DNA of 64,000 nt from an uncultured bacterium (GCA_963848965.1 CAWKFG010000004.1:320001-384000), one strand, 5' to 3'. Numbered from the stretch's first letter, positions 41,101 to 50,613 are shown. Made by a program: numbers and translations. The notes: a model not told the origin generated them from the sequence alone.

Positions 41101-41531
41101 ATATAACTATCATGAATAAGAATATCTGGCGCTAAAAGCCTACTTACTATATTTTTTTGTCCTGCAGAAACAGCAGCCAACAAAGCATTTTCTCCGCTCT
41201 CATTTTTTCTATAAACATTTGCATCAAAAGATAAAAGGAGGTCTACTACTTCTAGATGGCCATTACGAGCGGCTACTATCAAAGGGGTATCTCCTTTACT
41301 ATCCTGCTCGTTAATGTCAGCCCAGTTTGCAATAAGCGCTTTGACCTGAGATGCATTACCATCTTGAGCTGCTTTGATAAGCTCTCTTCTATGTAAGCGA
41401 GGACGAGACACAGGTCTAGGACTCTTTGAAGAATTTTCCTGTTCCTCTTGCTTGTGCTCTTTTTCCATTGAAAATGAATATGATGTGAATAAAGAAAAGA
41501 AGAAAAGTAAAATATAATAATAGTTCATCAC
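38127..41531 (-). CDS. Large ankyrin-repeat protein with C-terminal MYND finger
   Basis: More than 20 ankyrin repeats; CQSC...CTYC...YYCSIECQ...W..HK..C; signal peptide FS-ME. Confidence 0.92.
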   Translation of the reverse strand: MMNYYYILLFFFSLFTSYSFSMEKEHKQEEQENSSKSPRPVSRPRLHRRELIKAAQDGNASQVKALIANWADINEQDSKGDTPLIVAARNGHLEVVDLLLSFDANVYRKNESGENALLAAVSAGQKNIVSRLLAPDILIHDSYINAQTIAGTTALIAAAQRKDNGMLQLLLNKGAHIDMRDMKGMTALAITLLTNNQQGMMLLINNHADITIQYAQGITILILAAQIGNIGVLQFLIERGAEINAQDNQGNTALHHAVLRGNEQAVTLLLSKGADRTIVNSAGKTAFAFALNKGFVEVAVQLFFEGVDINKKNEDGYSLLLLATQKGLNEQVINILKRKANVCDRDLCTGCTALMIAAANGYKSLVEILLDPAFYPQDSISREVMREDLLAVRDEGKCTVLHWAVRSDKEDIVKLLLQYNVVIDAKDVKGATPLMDAMLYGNKNIATLLLRQGAHVNARDKWGNTPLIIAAEKGYTELVKVLIEHGAHVNMQNTNGETALMKAASKNFKEIGALLIAASANTTMKDASGKTAFQRALQENNKVLAALMLQNVKKRDEAQQKALKSSKLSNKLFAAVSNGSLAQVTQLLGKQVGMNNQDTKGDTPLLIAADKGYTNIVELLIRHGVQVNIQNACGETALMKAVEQDHKDIVNMLLSARADVTMQDNDGVTALQRAERMNNGDIIALLEQGHKDKEAYQKLCNEFISAAKTGNIQQVLALLKSGIPVDMQDQHGETALIKAVEYRDIPMVEALIKAGAHVNALTRQGETAVEFALSHGHNDVAKLLMNHGARITVKDPNALIRAVQKECILMIQLLVAQGEPVNKQDGSGNTALHYAALQGNIMLVVMLINKYGADVTIKNNQNKTALDLADGDNKEEIIEFIQAKLGSQEKEKNLAEELFLAVHRNDRQRVIHFLESGAQINVRNGYEQTPLIKAVQRGYHEIVKLLLEKGAQVNVCDVHGLTPLNLAASKGNCEAVKLLLAHGAQGDMQDNEGNAPLIHAVERGDKNMVNLLLLLGAHVNIQNACGETALMKALYKGYKDIALMLIAAGADVKFEDFNGDTALKIAVRKNYKDIIAHMFQAQQKKHVTVYEHICQSCKAKDKTLYPCTYCQKVYYCSIECQIKQWTRHKDACKK

Positions 41532-41673
41532 AATGGATCCTTAAACAAAATGGTGTATAAATCTTTGTAAACTTTATGTAAGAAAATGTGAGAAAGTGAA
41601 ACTTTAGCCATCGGCAATTAATTACATGTTGAATTATTTTAGCATAAGGATGTAAGTTTAGCAAATATTCTTT

Positions 41674-42135
41674 TTACCCTGCTGTGCTTTCTATAACTTG
41701 TACTGAGCATAAGTTTTTTATAATAAGACTATACTTCTTACGCTCATGTTCTTCTATGTGGAGCAGCTGTATTTGCTTATCATCACAATATAATGTCCAG
41801 TAATAAAGATAGGGTAACCTTAATGAACGATGGTCGTAAAAGTAGGGGATATCACTAAGAGGATTTTCTTTATACTCAAATTGAGCTCGTACTGTCTTAA
41901 TCGGCTCCGTGCTCTGCGTGTTAGTAATGAGATACCCCTTTACAGGTTGATGTTCATATTTTTCTTGTGGTCCAAAAGAGAGTTCAAGGCTAGACACTTT
42001 TTGATAAGCAGGAATAGTTAAAAAAAGACTCTGTGAACTCGAAGAGCCAATTGCTGTAATAGAAAGAGAAAGCTCCTTATCTGTTTGATTCTCTAAGGAT
42101 GTGATAGTAAAAGCTGCTTCATAGTTTTGCTTCAC
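41674..42135 (-). CDS. Hypothetical protein
   Basis: GTG start with GGGAGAG RBS; no recognised motif. Confidence 0.5.
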   Translation of the reverse strand: MKQNYEAAFTITSLENQTDKELSLSITAIGSSSSQSLFLTIPAYQKVSSLELSFGPQEKYEHQPVKGYLITNTQSTEPIKTVRAQFEYKENPLSDIPYFYDHRSLRLPYLYYWTLYCDDKQIQLLHIEEHERKKYSLIIKNLCSVQVIESTAG

Positions 42136-42227
42136 ACTCTCTCCCTATTAACTTGTAAGCATTTTGACAATCAAAAATATAAGAGTTTTTTCTAGCAATG
42201 CAAAGTTCTCTCATACTTTCTAGAAAG

Positions 42228-44420
42228 TCATTTATGATGTGTATCCATATTCTCCAGAGCATGTAATAACTTTATGTTATTCAATTGAGTAGCATATTCT
42301 TTTGCTTTATTTTTTAGTTCCATTCTTTCAGATGATTGTTCTTGAAGGTTATTAATAACCATATAAATAATAGAAGCTTTACCACTTAAAAACGCATAGT
42401 CCAGAAATGTATCTCTATGCAATTTCATAAAAGGTATGGGAGTATGAAGAACTGATTCATCACCTGCTAAAAAACGGTGTAGAATGTGAGTATGGCCAAA
42501 TTTACATGCCCACGACAAAATTGTCATACTCCTTGCACTCTTTTTAGCTCCATAGTTATCATTATATAACTCTTTTGCAAGTTCTGGATTACAGTACTCT
42601 ACTGTACATGCAGTAGATTCTCTTTCAAGAGAATGTTTTTCTGCATGGGCCATTGCTTGAAAATGTTGTGTGGTATACATCTCAGGATCAGCAAGATAAT
42701 CAAAAAGATCTGGTGAGTATTTTTCACCCATCTGAAAAAAATGAAGAAGATATTTTTTTGTACTATGTTTAATACGACGATTGTTTCCATAAGGTATATT
42801 ATCGATTACTATAGTCGGTTCGTAAGTACTTTCATTTAAACATTTAAGCATTTCACACCCCTGGCCAAATCCAAGAGCGTAAGTAAGCGCTGTTTCACCG
42901 TCGTTATTTCTTACTCCAGGATCAGCACCTCTTTCTAGAAGTAAAGCTACTATCTCGTTATATCCTTCTGCTGTTGCATACATAAGCGCAGTAAAACCCC
43001 TCCAATTGCATACATTAACAGCAGTACCTACTTGTAGTAATGCCTCTACCAACTTATAATTGCCCATAAGCGCAGCAAGCATTAAAGGTGTATTACCAAG
43101 ACTATCTTGAACATGAGACTCTCGTATATAATTTTCTATACTACATAAGTTCTTATCTCTGATAATTGCTCGCAGAAAAGAGGCATATCCTTCAGTATTT
43201 TTTGCGAGCGTCTGTGCTAAAGTACATACCATTTTCCAATAAGCAACTCTTAAGGGCGAGAGGTAAGGAATAATTTTTACAGGAGCCGCATCTTTAAAAA
43301 ACCACATAAGATCATTACGTCCTTTCACGCGAGCAGCTGTTTCAAGCGTTTCTAAAGATATACCCAGCGTTTTACATGCATCAATAAGCTTACAACGGGA
43401 ATCTTCACGGGTTACTGCAAAAAGCTCTATAATCTCTTTGTTTGTAATTTTATCACTACGCTCACCTAAGGCTATAAGCCGCAAAAAAAGCTTATAGTTC
43501 TTTATGAGCAAAGCCATTTTAAGAAAGTCTTTATCTTGAAACTTTTGTAGAGAGGTAAGCAATAGTTCTATGAGTGAGTTTGGCTTAACATAAGAAAAAC
43601 AGGTTTTTTTATACTTATCTTCGCTATCAAATTGAGCACCTCTCTTAATGAGTGTATATGCTCCCTCAAAGCTATTTTCTTGCACTGCTCTCATAAACGC
43701 TGTACAACCGTCTGCATCTTGAAGATCTCTAGATGCACCATTATCAAGCAGAAGATTTATTACTTTTATGTGTCCATTAGATGCAGCTTCATGTAAAGCA
43801 GTACGCCCTTGGTTATTCTTCTTATTAACCTCTACTTCTCTTTTTATAAGAAAAGAGAGCATTTCTTTATCTCCTTGGCGTGCAGCATTAATAAGAGGGG
43901 TATCTCCCGCATTATCACTGCTTTCAATAGAAAGCTTCTCTTTTAAAAAACACTCTAATACTGCAATCGAACCTCCTTTTGCTGCAGCAAGCACAGCATT
44001 CTCTCCATATATTGTAGTACAGTGGATATCTGCTCCTGCTTTTACAAGTCGCTCTATAGTAGGTAAATAACCTTTACGAGCAGCAAAAATTAAAGCACTT
44101 GTGTGTTCGCTATCTACAGCATTCACGTCTGCTGAGTGCTTAATAAGAAGCTCTATCAGACTTTCATTGCGACCTTGAGCTGCTTCATGTAAAGCAGTAC
44201 GCAATTGCTTATTATGAGCATTAACATTAGCTCCTTGAAGTAAGTATACTCTAGCAAGTTCTAGTCTGCCATCTCTGACTGCACGAATAAGAGCTGTATC
44301 TCCATTTTCATCACTTGCAAATTCTATTATTTTCCTTGCTCTTTTTTGTACCTTTTGCATACCTTGTACTTCTTGCACAACGCCCATGCAGCACAAAAAC
44401 ATATAAAACATTAAAAGCAT
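42228..44420 (-). CDS. Ankyrin repeat protein, exported
   Basis: Two ankyrin blocks; signal peptide QG-MQ; C-terminus related to 48272..49396. Confidence 0.9.
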   Translation of the reverse strand: MLLMFYMFLCCMGVVQEVQGMQKVQKRARKIIEFASDENGDTALIRAVRDGRLELARVYLLQGANVNAHNKQLRTALHEAAQGRNESLIELLIKHSADVNAVDSEHTSALIFAARKGYLPTIERLVKAGADIHCTTIYGENAVLAAAKGGSIAVLECFLKEKLSIESSDNAGDTPLINAARQGDKEMLSFLIKREVEVNKKNNQGRTALHEAASNGHIKVINLLLDNGASRDLQDADGCTAFMRAVQENSFEGAYTLIKRGAQFDSEDKYKKTCFSYVKPNSLIELLLTSLQKFQDKDFLKMALLIKNYKLFLRLIALGERSDKITNKEIIELFAVTREDSRCKLIDACKTLGISLETLETAARVKGRNDLMWFFKDAAPVKIIPYLSPLRVAYWKMVCTLAQTLAKNTEGYASFLRAIIRDKNLCSIENYIRESHVQDSLGNTPLMLAALMGNYKLVEALLQVGTAVNVCNWRGFTALMYATAEGYNEIVALLLERGADPGVRNNDGETALTYALGFGQGCEMLKCLNESTYEPTIVIDNIPYGNNRRIKHSTKKYLLHFFQMGEKYSPDLFDYLADPEMYTTQHFQAMAHAEKHSLERESTACTVEYCNPELAKELYNDNYGAKKSARSMTILSWACKFGHTHILHRFLAGDESVLHTPIPFMKLHRDTFLDYAFLSGKASIIYMVINNLQEQSSERMELKNKAKEYATQLNNIKLLHALENMDTHHK

Positions 44421-44470
44421 TGAATCCTCTCTATATGTTCCCTAGTTTTATAGAAGTAATATCTCTCCTA

Positions 44471-44490
44471 TAGGGCGTGGTAATTGACTA
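44471..44490 (+). repeat. 20-bp direct repeat copy 2; IS200/605 right-end-like relic
   Basis: TAGGGCGTGGTAATTGACTA, identical to 35109-35128. Confidence 0.7.
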
Positions 44491-44613
44491 GCCACTGTTT
44501 CACTCAATATTTTCTGCCTCTTTTTCTTTTAATAAAGCTTATAGTATACTAGAATAATATATAACAAAATCAGTTATATGCGTCAAAAATTATAGCTTAA
44601 TAAGGAATCGATC

Positions 44614-45441
44614 ATGATAAGATCTTTTTTCCTCTTTTTCTTCTTCACTTTAACACCTTTTCTTTATACTATGAAAAAAGCACTCAATGAATGGCCAGAA
44701 AGTTTTTACAGTCATATTAGTCCAGGGCTCGTGTACGATTTTAAAACCAAAGAGAAACTGGAGCTTTATAAAAAGAATGCTACTGATCCTCATTGCACAA
44801 AAAGCACAGCTGATACTTCTTCCCTCTCTAGTAAAAGCAGAATAGTATATGATTGGCTTTATACACTCGAATGGTCAAAAAAATATCTTCTTTCAAAACC
44901 ATTTCAAACATGGACTGTAGAGGACCTCAATAACATCAATAAATGCTTAACTCGCTTAACCTCAGAAGAACCAGGGATATATCAAACTGAAGCACGCGAA
45001 TTTACAAAAGAGAAGCTTTCCGCGACTGAAGAGTTTGGTCTCCAGCTTTTAAGAACAGCAAGCACTTTAAACACTAATTTTAACCAATTACCGTTTAGAT
45101 ATATTCTTTATTTTTATGCACATCCAGGTCAGCTATCACACTTTCTTCAATCAGCTCTTAAATCATACCAAACTTCTTTATTCCAATCCAAAGACACTGT
45201 GCAAGAAATCTTAGAAGCTACAGCAGAATTTTATCTTAGTACTGTATTTTTGCGCCCTTGGAAAAATGCCTATGTACAGACCGCTTATCTTATTATAAAC
45301 ATCGTCTTAGCACAGCATAACATTAATTTTATTATGTTTAAAGATAATGACAGGTTAAACAAGGCCCTTTCAACATGTTTTGAAGCACAAAACTCAATTG
45401 CTATGCAAGAACTCTTTATCTCTACTCTCAAGCAAAGTTGA
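44614..45441 (+). CDS. Exported Fic-fold protein with degenerate active site
   Basis: L..IN..L...PG.Y, then A.FY...FLRPWKNAYVQTAYLIIN..L aligning with HPFxDGNGRxxRL. Confidence 0.6.
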   Translation: MIRSFFLFFFFTLTPFLYTMKKALNEWPESFYSHISPGLVYDFKTKEKLELYKKNATDPHCTKSTADTSSLSSKSRIVYDWLYTLEWSKKYLLSKPFQTWTVEDLNNINKCLTRLTSEEPGIYQTEAREFTKEKLSATEEFGLQLLRTASTLNTNFNQLPFRYILYFYAHPGQLSHFLQSALKSYQTSLFQSKDTVQEILEATAEFYLSTVFLRPWKNAYVQTAYLIINIVLAQHNINFIMFKDNDRLNKALSTCFEAQNSIAMQELFISTLKQS

Positions 45442-45553
45442 ATGCTCCCTCCTAAAGGGGACATTTAAAAAAGAGATACACCTTTTTATGAATTTATGCT
45501 ATACTAGTGTATGCTATATAAGGAGAATATAACCACTTAAGATATTAAAAGTT

Positions 45554-46504
45554 ATGGGAAAGATTTTACTATATTATAAATACATAGATATTCAGAATCC
45601 AGTACAGCTTATGCACGAACAACGAAGGCTCTGTGAATCCCTTGGGCTTAAAGGGCGTATTTTGCTTGCCCATGAAGGTATTAATGGAACTCTAGGAGGC
45701 CCTTTAGAGGCTATTGAAAGCTATAAAGAGCATATGTACCAGCACCCTCTTTTTCATGATATAGACTTTAAAGAAAGTGAAGGAGCTGCTGACTACTTTC
45801 CACGCTTGCAAATAAAGGTAAAAAAAGAAATTGTTCACCTTGGACTTGATCCTCAAAAAGTACGTGCTTCACAAGGCGGGCTACACCTTAGTCCAGAAGA
45901 GGCTCATGCTCTTATTGGGTCAGAGTCTCAAAATCTTGTATTACTTGATACTCGTAACGACTACGAGTCCCGCGTAGGCACCTTTGAACATGGTAAAGTC
46001 CCTAACATTGTTCCTAATACAAAGACATTTAGGGAGTTTCCAGAATATATCGACCAGAATTTAGAACAGTTTAAAGACAAAGAAGTGCTTATGTACTGTA
46101 CCGGTGGCGTACGATGCGAACGAGCTTCAGCATATCTTAAACTAAAGAATGTCGCTAAGGCAGTCTACCAAATTAAGGGCGGTATACATCGCTATGTAGA
46201 AAAGTTCCCTGATGGGTACTTTAGAGGAAAGAACTATGTATTTGATGGCCGTGTAACAACACGTATAAACAAAGATATCCTTTCTACGTGCGAGCATTGC
46301 CACATATCGTATGATGAATATACTAACTGTATCAATGCAGAATGTAACAGACAAATTATTGTATGTACTACCTGCATTCATATCTATCATAATACTTGTA
46401 GTAAGCAATGCCTTGAGCTTGTACAGCAGAGTAAAGTTAATGTACGTACAGTACCTCATAAGGTTTCTCTTGAAGACAAAAATGGAGATACATGCAAAAA
46501 GTAA
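45554..46504 (+). CDS. trhO: tRNA U34 hydroxylase TrhO/YceA (rhodanese domain)
   Basis: LLYYKY, GRILLAHEGINGT, D.RNDYE...G.F, YCTGGVRCE, GKNYVFD.R. Confidence 0.9.
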   Translation: MGKILLYYKYIDIQNPVQLMHEQRRLCESLGLKGRILLAHEGINGTLGGPLEAIESYKEHMYQHPLFHDIDFKESEGAADYFPRLQIKVKKEIVHLGLDPQKVRASQGGLHLSPEEAHALIGSESQNLVLLDTRNDYESRVGTFEHGKVPNIVPNTKTFREFPEYIDQNLEQFKDKEVLMYCTGGVRCERASAYLKLKNVAKAVYQIKGGIHRYVEKFPDGYFRGKNYVFDGRVTTRINKDILSTCEHCHISYDEYTNCINAECNRQIIVCTTCIHIYHNTCSKQCLELVQQSKVNVRTVPHKVSLEDKNGDTCKK

Positions 46505-47499
46505 ATCCTTCTCTTATTGAGCACTATGTTACACTCAAAGATAAAAATTGGTTTCAAACGGGCGGATCCGCCCGCTTTTTTTGTGAGCCTACTACAGAGC
46601 AAGAATTTCAAGAAGCTCTTGCCTACGCTTATGCTCACCATCTTCCTCTCTTTATCTTAGGAGAAGGTGCTAATATTCTAGTAAGTGATGAAGGATTTGA
46701 TGGACTCGTTATACGTCCAAAACTCACTACCATAAAGCTTGTTGCTCAAGGTGATACTCATGCACTCGTAGAAGCAGGAGCTGGAGTATTGTTTGGTGAT
46801 CTTATTGCCTGGTGTCTTAATAATAATCTCGCTTGCCTTGAAGAATTTAGCGGAATCCCTGGTACTGTAGGTGGATCAGTATTTATTAATATTCATTACT
46901 TTGAGTTTCTTTTAAGCCAGTACTTAGTAAGTGCGCGTGTTATTGAAAAAGAGACAGGAAAAATTTTAGAAGTAGATACAAGCTGGTTTAAGTTCGGCTA
47001 TGACTACTCTCTTTTACATGAAGGTAATCACTATCTGGTACATGCAATCTTTAAACTAAAAAAAGTTGATGCCCTTACTGCTGCCTATGCAAAAGGAAGA
47101 CGTGATGAAATTATCAGGCACCGTGTAAAGCGGTATCCTAATTCACATACCTGTGGCAGCTTCTTTAGAAACTTTCATGACCATGAAGTAACACTTATGA
47201 GCGCAGGCAGAAAGCTTATTTTTGTTGCTTATTATCTTGATAAAATTGGTGTAAAAGGACAATTAGCAGTCGGTGACGCCATTGTTTCGTATCAACATGC
47301 TAATATGATTGTTAATAGAGGAAATGCAACTACCTATGACATTATTAGTGTAGCACAAAAAATGCAAGAGCTCGTCTATCAACATTTTGATATTATTCCT
47401 CAACCTGAGTGTCAGCTGGTAGGATTTAAAGAATATCCTCTCATGCCTGAACCAAAATACTTGAAGGAGTCTGTAACAATCCAGTATACTGAAAAATAA
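46492..47499 (+). CDS. murB: UDP-N-acetylmuramate dehydrogenase
   Basis: TGG.A, LGEGANILVSD.GFDG, GIPGTVGG, CGSFFRN, HAN.IVN.G. Confidence 0.93.
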   Translation: MQKVNPSLIEHYVTLKDKNWFQTGGSARFFCEPTTEQEFQEALAYAYAHHLPLFILGEGANILVSDEGFDGLVIRPKLTTIKLVAQGDTHALVEAGAGVLFGDLIAWCLNNNLACLEEFSGIPGTVGGSVFINIHYFEFLLSQYLVSARVIEKETGKILEVDTSWFKFGYDYSLLHEGNHYLVHAIFKLKKVDALTAAYAKGRRDEIIRHRVKRYPNSHTCGSFFRNFHDHEVTLMSAGRKLIFVAYYLDKIGVKGQLAVGDAIVSYQHANMIVNRGNATTYDIISVAQKMQELVYQHFDIIPQPECQLVGFKEYPLMPEPKYLKESVTIQYTEK

Positions 47500-47519
47500 T
47501 CAGTTTATGGATAGGTTGT

Positions 47520-48155
47520 ATGGATATCCCAATCTTTTTTAAAGGTATTATTATAGGTATATCAATTGCAGCACCTGTTGGGCCAATAGGAATTCTTTGT
47601 ATTAAAAGAAGTCTAACGCGAGGATATGCAGCAGGTTTTGCTACAGGATTAGGAGCAGCGCTTGCTGACCTTATTTATGCCATTATAGCGGGATTTGGGC
47701 TAACTGCAGTTTCTTCATTTTTGATAAAGCAGCAACCGTTTCTTTATTTTATTGGCGGCTTAGTGCTTACTGCACTTGGTTTTAAAACGCTTGCTTCTCC
47801 TTCTATCATTCAACCTCTTACAACCAAAGGTAAAAGCTTTATCTCTACTACTTTAGAGACAATGATCTTAACACTTACAAATCCATTTACTATTCTTGCA
47901 TTTGTTGCAGCATTTGCTGGCATTGGGCTAGGTGCTGAATCGCATGATTATAGTTCCGCACTTCTTCTCTGTTTAGGCGTATTTTTAGGATCTGCTTTGT
48001 GGTTTATTGCTCTCAGCACCACTATTGCCTTCTTTCGCTCAAAATGTAGCCCCTCTGTCATAGCTCGCATAAATACTATCTCTGGCTTCTTTTTAATAGG
48101 TGCCGGAATTGCTCTTATTCTTAATCTTTTCATTTCTCGCTTGTACCAAAAATAG
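47520..48155 (+). CDS. LysE family translocator
   Basis: IAAPVGP.GILCI, GLGAALAD, LTLTNP. Confidence 0.92.
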   Translation: MDIPIFFKGIIIGISIAAPVGPIGILCIKRSLTRGYAAGFATGLGAALADLIYAIIAGFGLTAVSSFLIKQQPFLYFIGGLVLTALGFKTLASPSIIQPLTTKGKSFISTTLETMILTLTNPFTILAFVAAFAGIGLGAESHDYSSALLLCLGVFLGSALWFIALSTTIAFFRSKCSPSVIARINTISGFFLIGAGIALILNLFISRLYQK

Positions 48156-48271
48156 GTAACTATTCACCAACAAATAGCATATATAAAATATGCTTTTCCC
48201 AATTGCTAAATAGATACAATACGGTACACTAATCATAATTGATAATTTCTCTCTTATGTAAAGGATACTTT

Positions 48272-49396
48272 ATGAAATATACTTTTCTACCTCTTGCTTT
48301 ATGTATAGCAATTGTTACAACATCTCATACATATGGTATGGAAGAGGTAACTATGGGATTAGATATAGTACTAGATATATGCGGTCCTCGATTATCTTTG
48401 TTACCTTCCTTAACAGAATTAGCCAAAGAGCTTTCCCAAGGCAATAGTAATGCAATAAACCAATTTATAGAACGTAGTTATGATCAACAATCTGCAAAAA
48501 ATGATGTCTTATTTTTAGCTTCTTACATGAATGATACACAAGTAGCCTCGACTGCTCTTCAGTATGGAGCTGACATTAATGCTCGTAAACATTTAGAAGA
48601 AACACCATTAATGATCGCTACTCGTTGTGGCTACAAAAAGATGATTCAATACCTTTTAAATAACGAAGCTACCATAGATCTTAAAGATCAGTATGGACAT
48701 ACTGCTCTCTTTTTTGCTGCGGCAGAAGGTCATGCTTCAACCGTCTCTTTATTACTTGATAGAACTCTTAATTTGAATGTAGAAGATTGCAAAAGAGCTC
48801 TTTGTGCTGCTGCAATCAATGGTCATTTATCAGTAATTTCTCTTCTTATTAGTAAAACAGCACTACGACGCCTAAAAGATATATGTACTGGAGATACTTT
48901 ACATAACGTCGATGTTAAAGAGCGTTGTACTAAAGAGTTAAAATATACTATCATTAAACGTCTACTACAATTAAGTTTAGATCCGGCTGTACAATGCTAT
49001 CTTGCAAATCCTGTACAATACGTAGTAACAAAATGCCAACCTCATAACGAGTCATCGCTTTATATAGGGCAAGTACCTCTTCTTATGATAGCATGCATGT
49101 TCGGCCATACAAACGTTGTAGAGATATTAAAAAGTTACTCTATCTCATCAGGGTATCTTTCTTGGCACGAAGGCTATTATAGCTACATGCTCCGTACTTC
49201 TTTAGATGCATTAAATTATGCTTTTGCATGCGGCAACGACGATACTGCAGCTGCTTGCATTGAAGCATTTGGAGAGCACATTAGCTGGCTTAGCTGGAAA
49301 GGTGAACTTGATAGGCTTCTACAAGGAGCTCAACAACGTAAGAATCAAAAACTTATTAGTGCTCTCTTACATAAACAACATCGAGCGGCTTCGTAA
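48272..49396 (+). CDS. Ankyrin repeat protein, exported
   Basis: ETPLMIA, GHTALFFAA repeats; signal peptide YG-ME. Confidence 0.85.
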   Translation: MKYTFLPLALCIAIVTTSHTYGMEEVTMGLDIVLDICGPRLSLLPSLTELAKELSQGNSNAINQFIERSYDQQSAKNDVLFLASYMNDTQVASTALQYGADINARKHLEETPLMIATRCGYKKMIQYLLNNEATIDLKDQYGHTALFFAAAEGHASTVSLLLDRTLNLNVEDCKRALCAAAINGHLSVISLLISKTALRRLKDICTGDTLHNVDVKERCTKELKYTIIKRLLQLSLDPAVQCYLANPVQYVVTKCQPHNESSLYIGQVPLLMIACMFGHTNVVEILKSYSISSGYLSWHEGYYSYMLRTSLDALNYAFACGNDDTAAACIEAFGEHISWLSWKGELDRLLQGAQQRKNQKLISALLHKQHRAAS

Positions 49397-49431
49397 ACTT
49401 TGCTAAAGCTAAAATAGAAAGAATTACCTAC

Positions 49432-49454
49432 GAGGGCAGTATAAAACTGCCCTC
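49432..49454. terminator. Hairpin between convergent genes
   Basis: GAGGGCAGT-ATAAA-ACTGCCCTC. Confidence 0.75.
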
Positions 49455-49458
49455 TTCT

Positions 49459-50613
49459 TTAAACTTTTGTGGTACACTGCTGACCAGTCTTTTTTGTTTC
49501 TGCTGCAATATTCATTGCTCTTAAAAGAGCCGCTTCACTAATAAGAGACATTTTAAATAAAGCATTCTCTTTATAACCTGAGCGCCTATAGTTCCACTCA
49601 AAGATATATCTAGAGCCTATTACAGAAATAAGGTAGGAAAGATCTTGTGAGGAAGAAGAAAACGTCCCATGAGGCTTTTTGAGCAGCACGTACTTACGAA
49701 CAAGCTGCTCTCCTTGATACATCATAACCCGGCATGCAGCTGTATAGTTATAAAGTAGTGTATTTGAAAAGGCCGCAGAGTTACGTATATCATGCATTGA
49801 AAAGGTCATAGGTTTATGGAGATAGGGAATACCAGGAACTGCACTATGATAGTTCTTAGAATTGCCCTCTTCACAAAGTTTTATAAACGCTTCATTTCCT
49901 TGTAACATATCACATCTATTATAAATGCTTTGTAATTCTAAATATGCCTTAGCTGCTTGCAACGCATCTCTTGTATAAAGAACAGCTGCTTTCAGTGAAG
50001 AAATAACCTCATCCCAGTTTACAGGCTCTATCGTCTCTTCTAATTTACATAAGAAAGACTTTAATTCTTTCATAAATTGTGACCAGTTTCCTTCATCTAT
50101 AAGATTTTTATGATATAGATTTATCCGATACTTCTCATCGCGCTTCTTTATGAATGCACTTTTTAAAGACGCCTTCACCGTAGGCATACTTGAAAAACCT
50201 TCACAAATGCGCTCAACTCGTGTTTTTGTCAAACATGTTTCTAGCCACTTATGCACATCTTTTGAAGAGCTTTCTTGTCTGTTTAAGAACAGTTCAGCTA
50301 CGCTTTCTAAAACTGCCTCAGTAGGTTCTGCACAGGACAGTAGAGCATTGAGAATCGCGCTATCCAGGGCAACATAACACATAAGCTCTTTACGAAGCTC
50401 AAAAGGCAATGTACATAAATAATTGTTTTTATTATTTATTGGCTGGGAAGTCCTATAGGAAGTGATATACTCATAAAGAGTTGTAAATGATAACCATCCC
50501 GATTTGCTTTCAATTTTACTCTCAGTATGTGGCAATTCCATACAACTACTTTTTATACAAGACAATAAAAGTAGCGCTAAACACAAAACTTCTTTAAGGG
50601 ACTTTCTCTTCAT
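49459..50613 (-). CDS. Exported protein with F-box-like motif
   Basis: Signal peptide SC-ME; YLCTLPFELRKELM. Confidence 0.65.
   Translation of the reverse strand: MKRKSLKEVLCLALLLLSCIKSSCMELPHTESKIESKSGWLSFTTLYEYITSYRTSQPINNKNNYLCTLPFELRKELMCYVALDSAILNALLSCAEPTEAVLESVAELFLNRQESSSKDVHKWLETCLTKTRVERICEGFSSMPTVKASLKSAFIKKRDEKYRINLYHKNLIDEGNWSQFMKELKSFLCKLEETIEPVNWDEVISSLKAAVLYTRDALQAAKAYLELQSIYNRCDMLQGNEAFIKLCEEGNSKNYHSAVPGIPYLHKPMTFSMHDIRNSAAFSNTLLYNYTAACRVMMYQGEQLVRKYVLLKKPHGTFSSSSQDLSYLISVIGSRYIFEWNYRRSGYKENALFKMSLISEAALLRAMNIAAETKKTGQQCTTKV

Noticed and set aside
35109..44490. The 20-bp direct repeats as attL/attR of an integrated island
   Set aside because: The enclosed segment contains essential pheT and most of lspA, and there is no integrase
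45441..45465. CCCTCCTAAAGGGG hairpin after the Fic-like gene as another IS200/605 end
   Set aside because: Lacks the terminal motif; its position right after a stop codon fits a simple terminator
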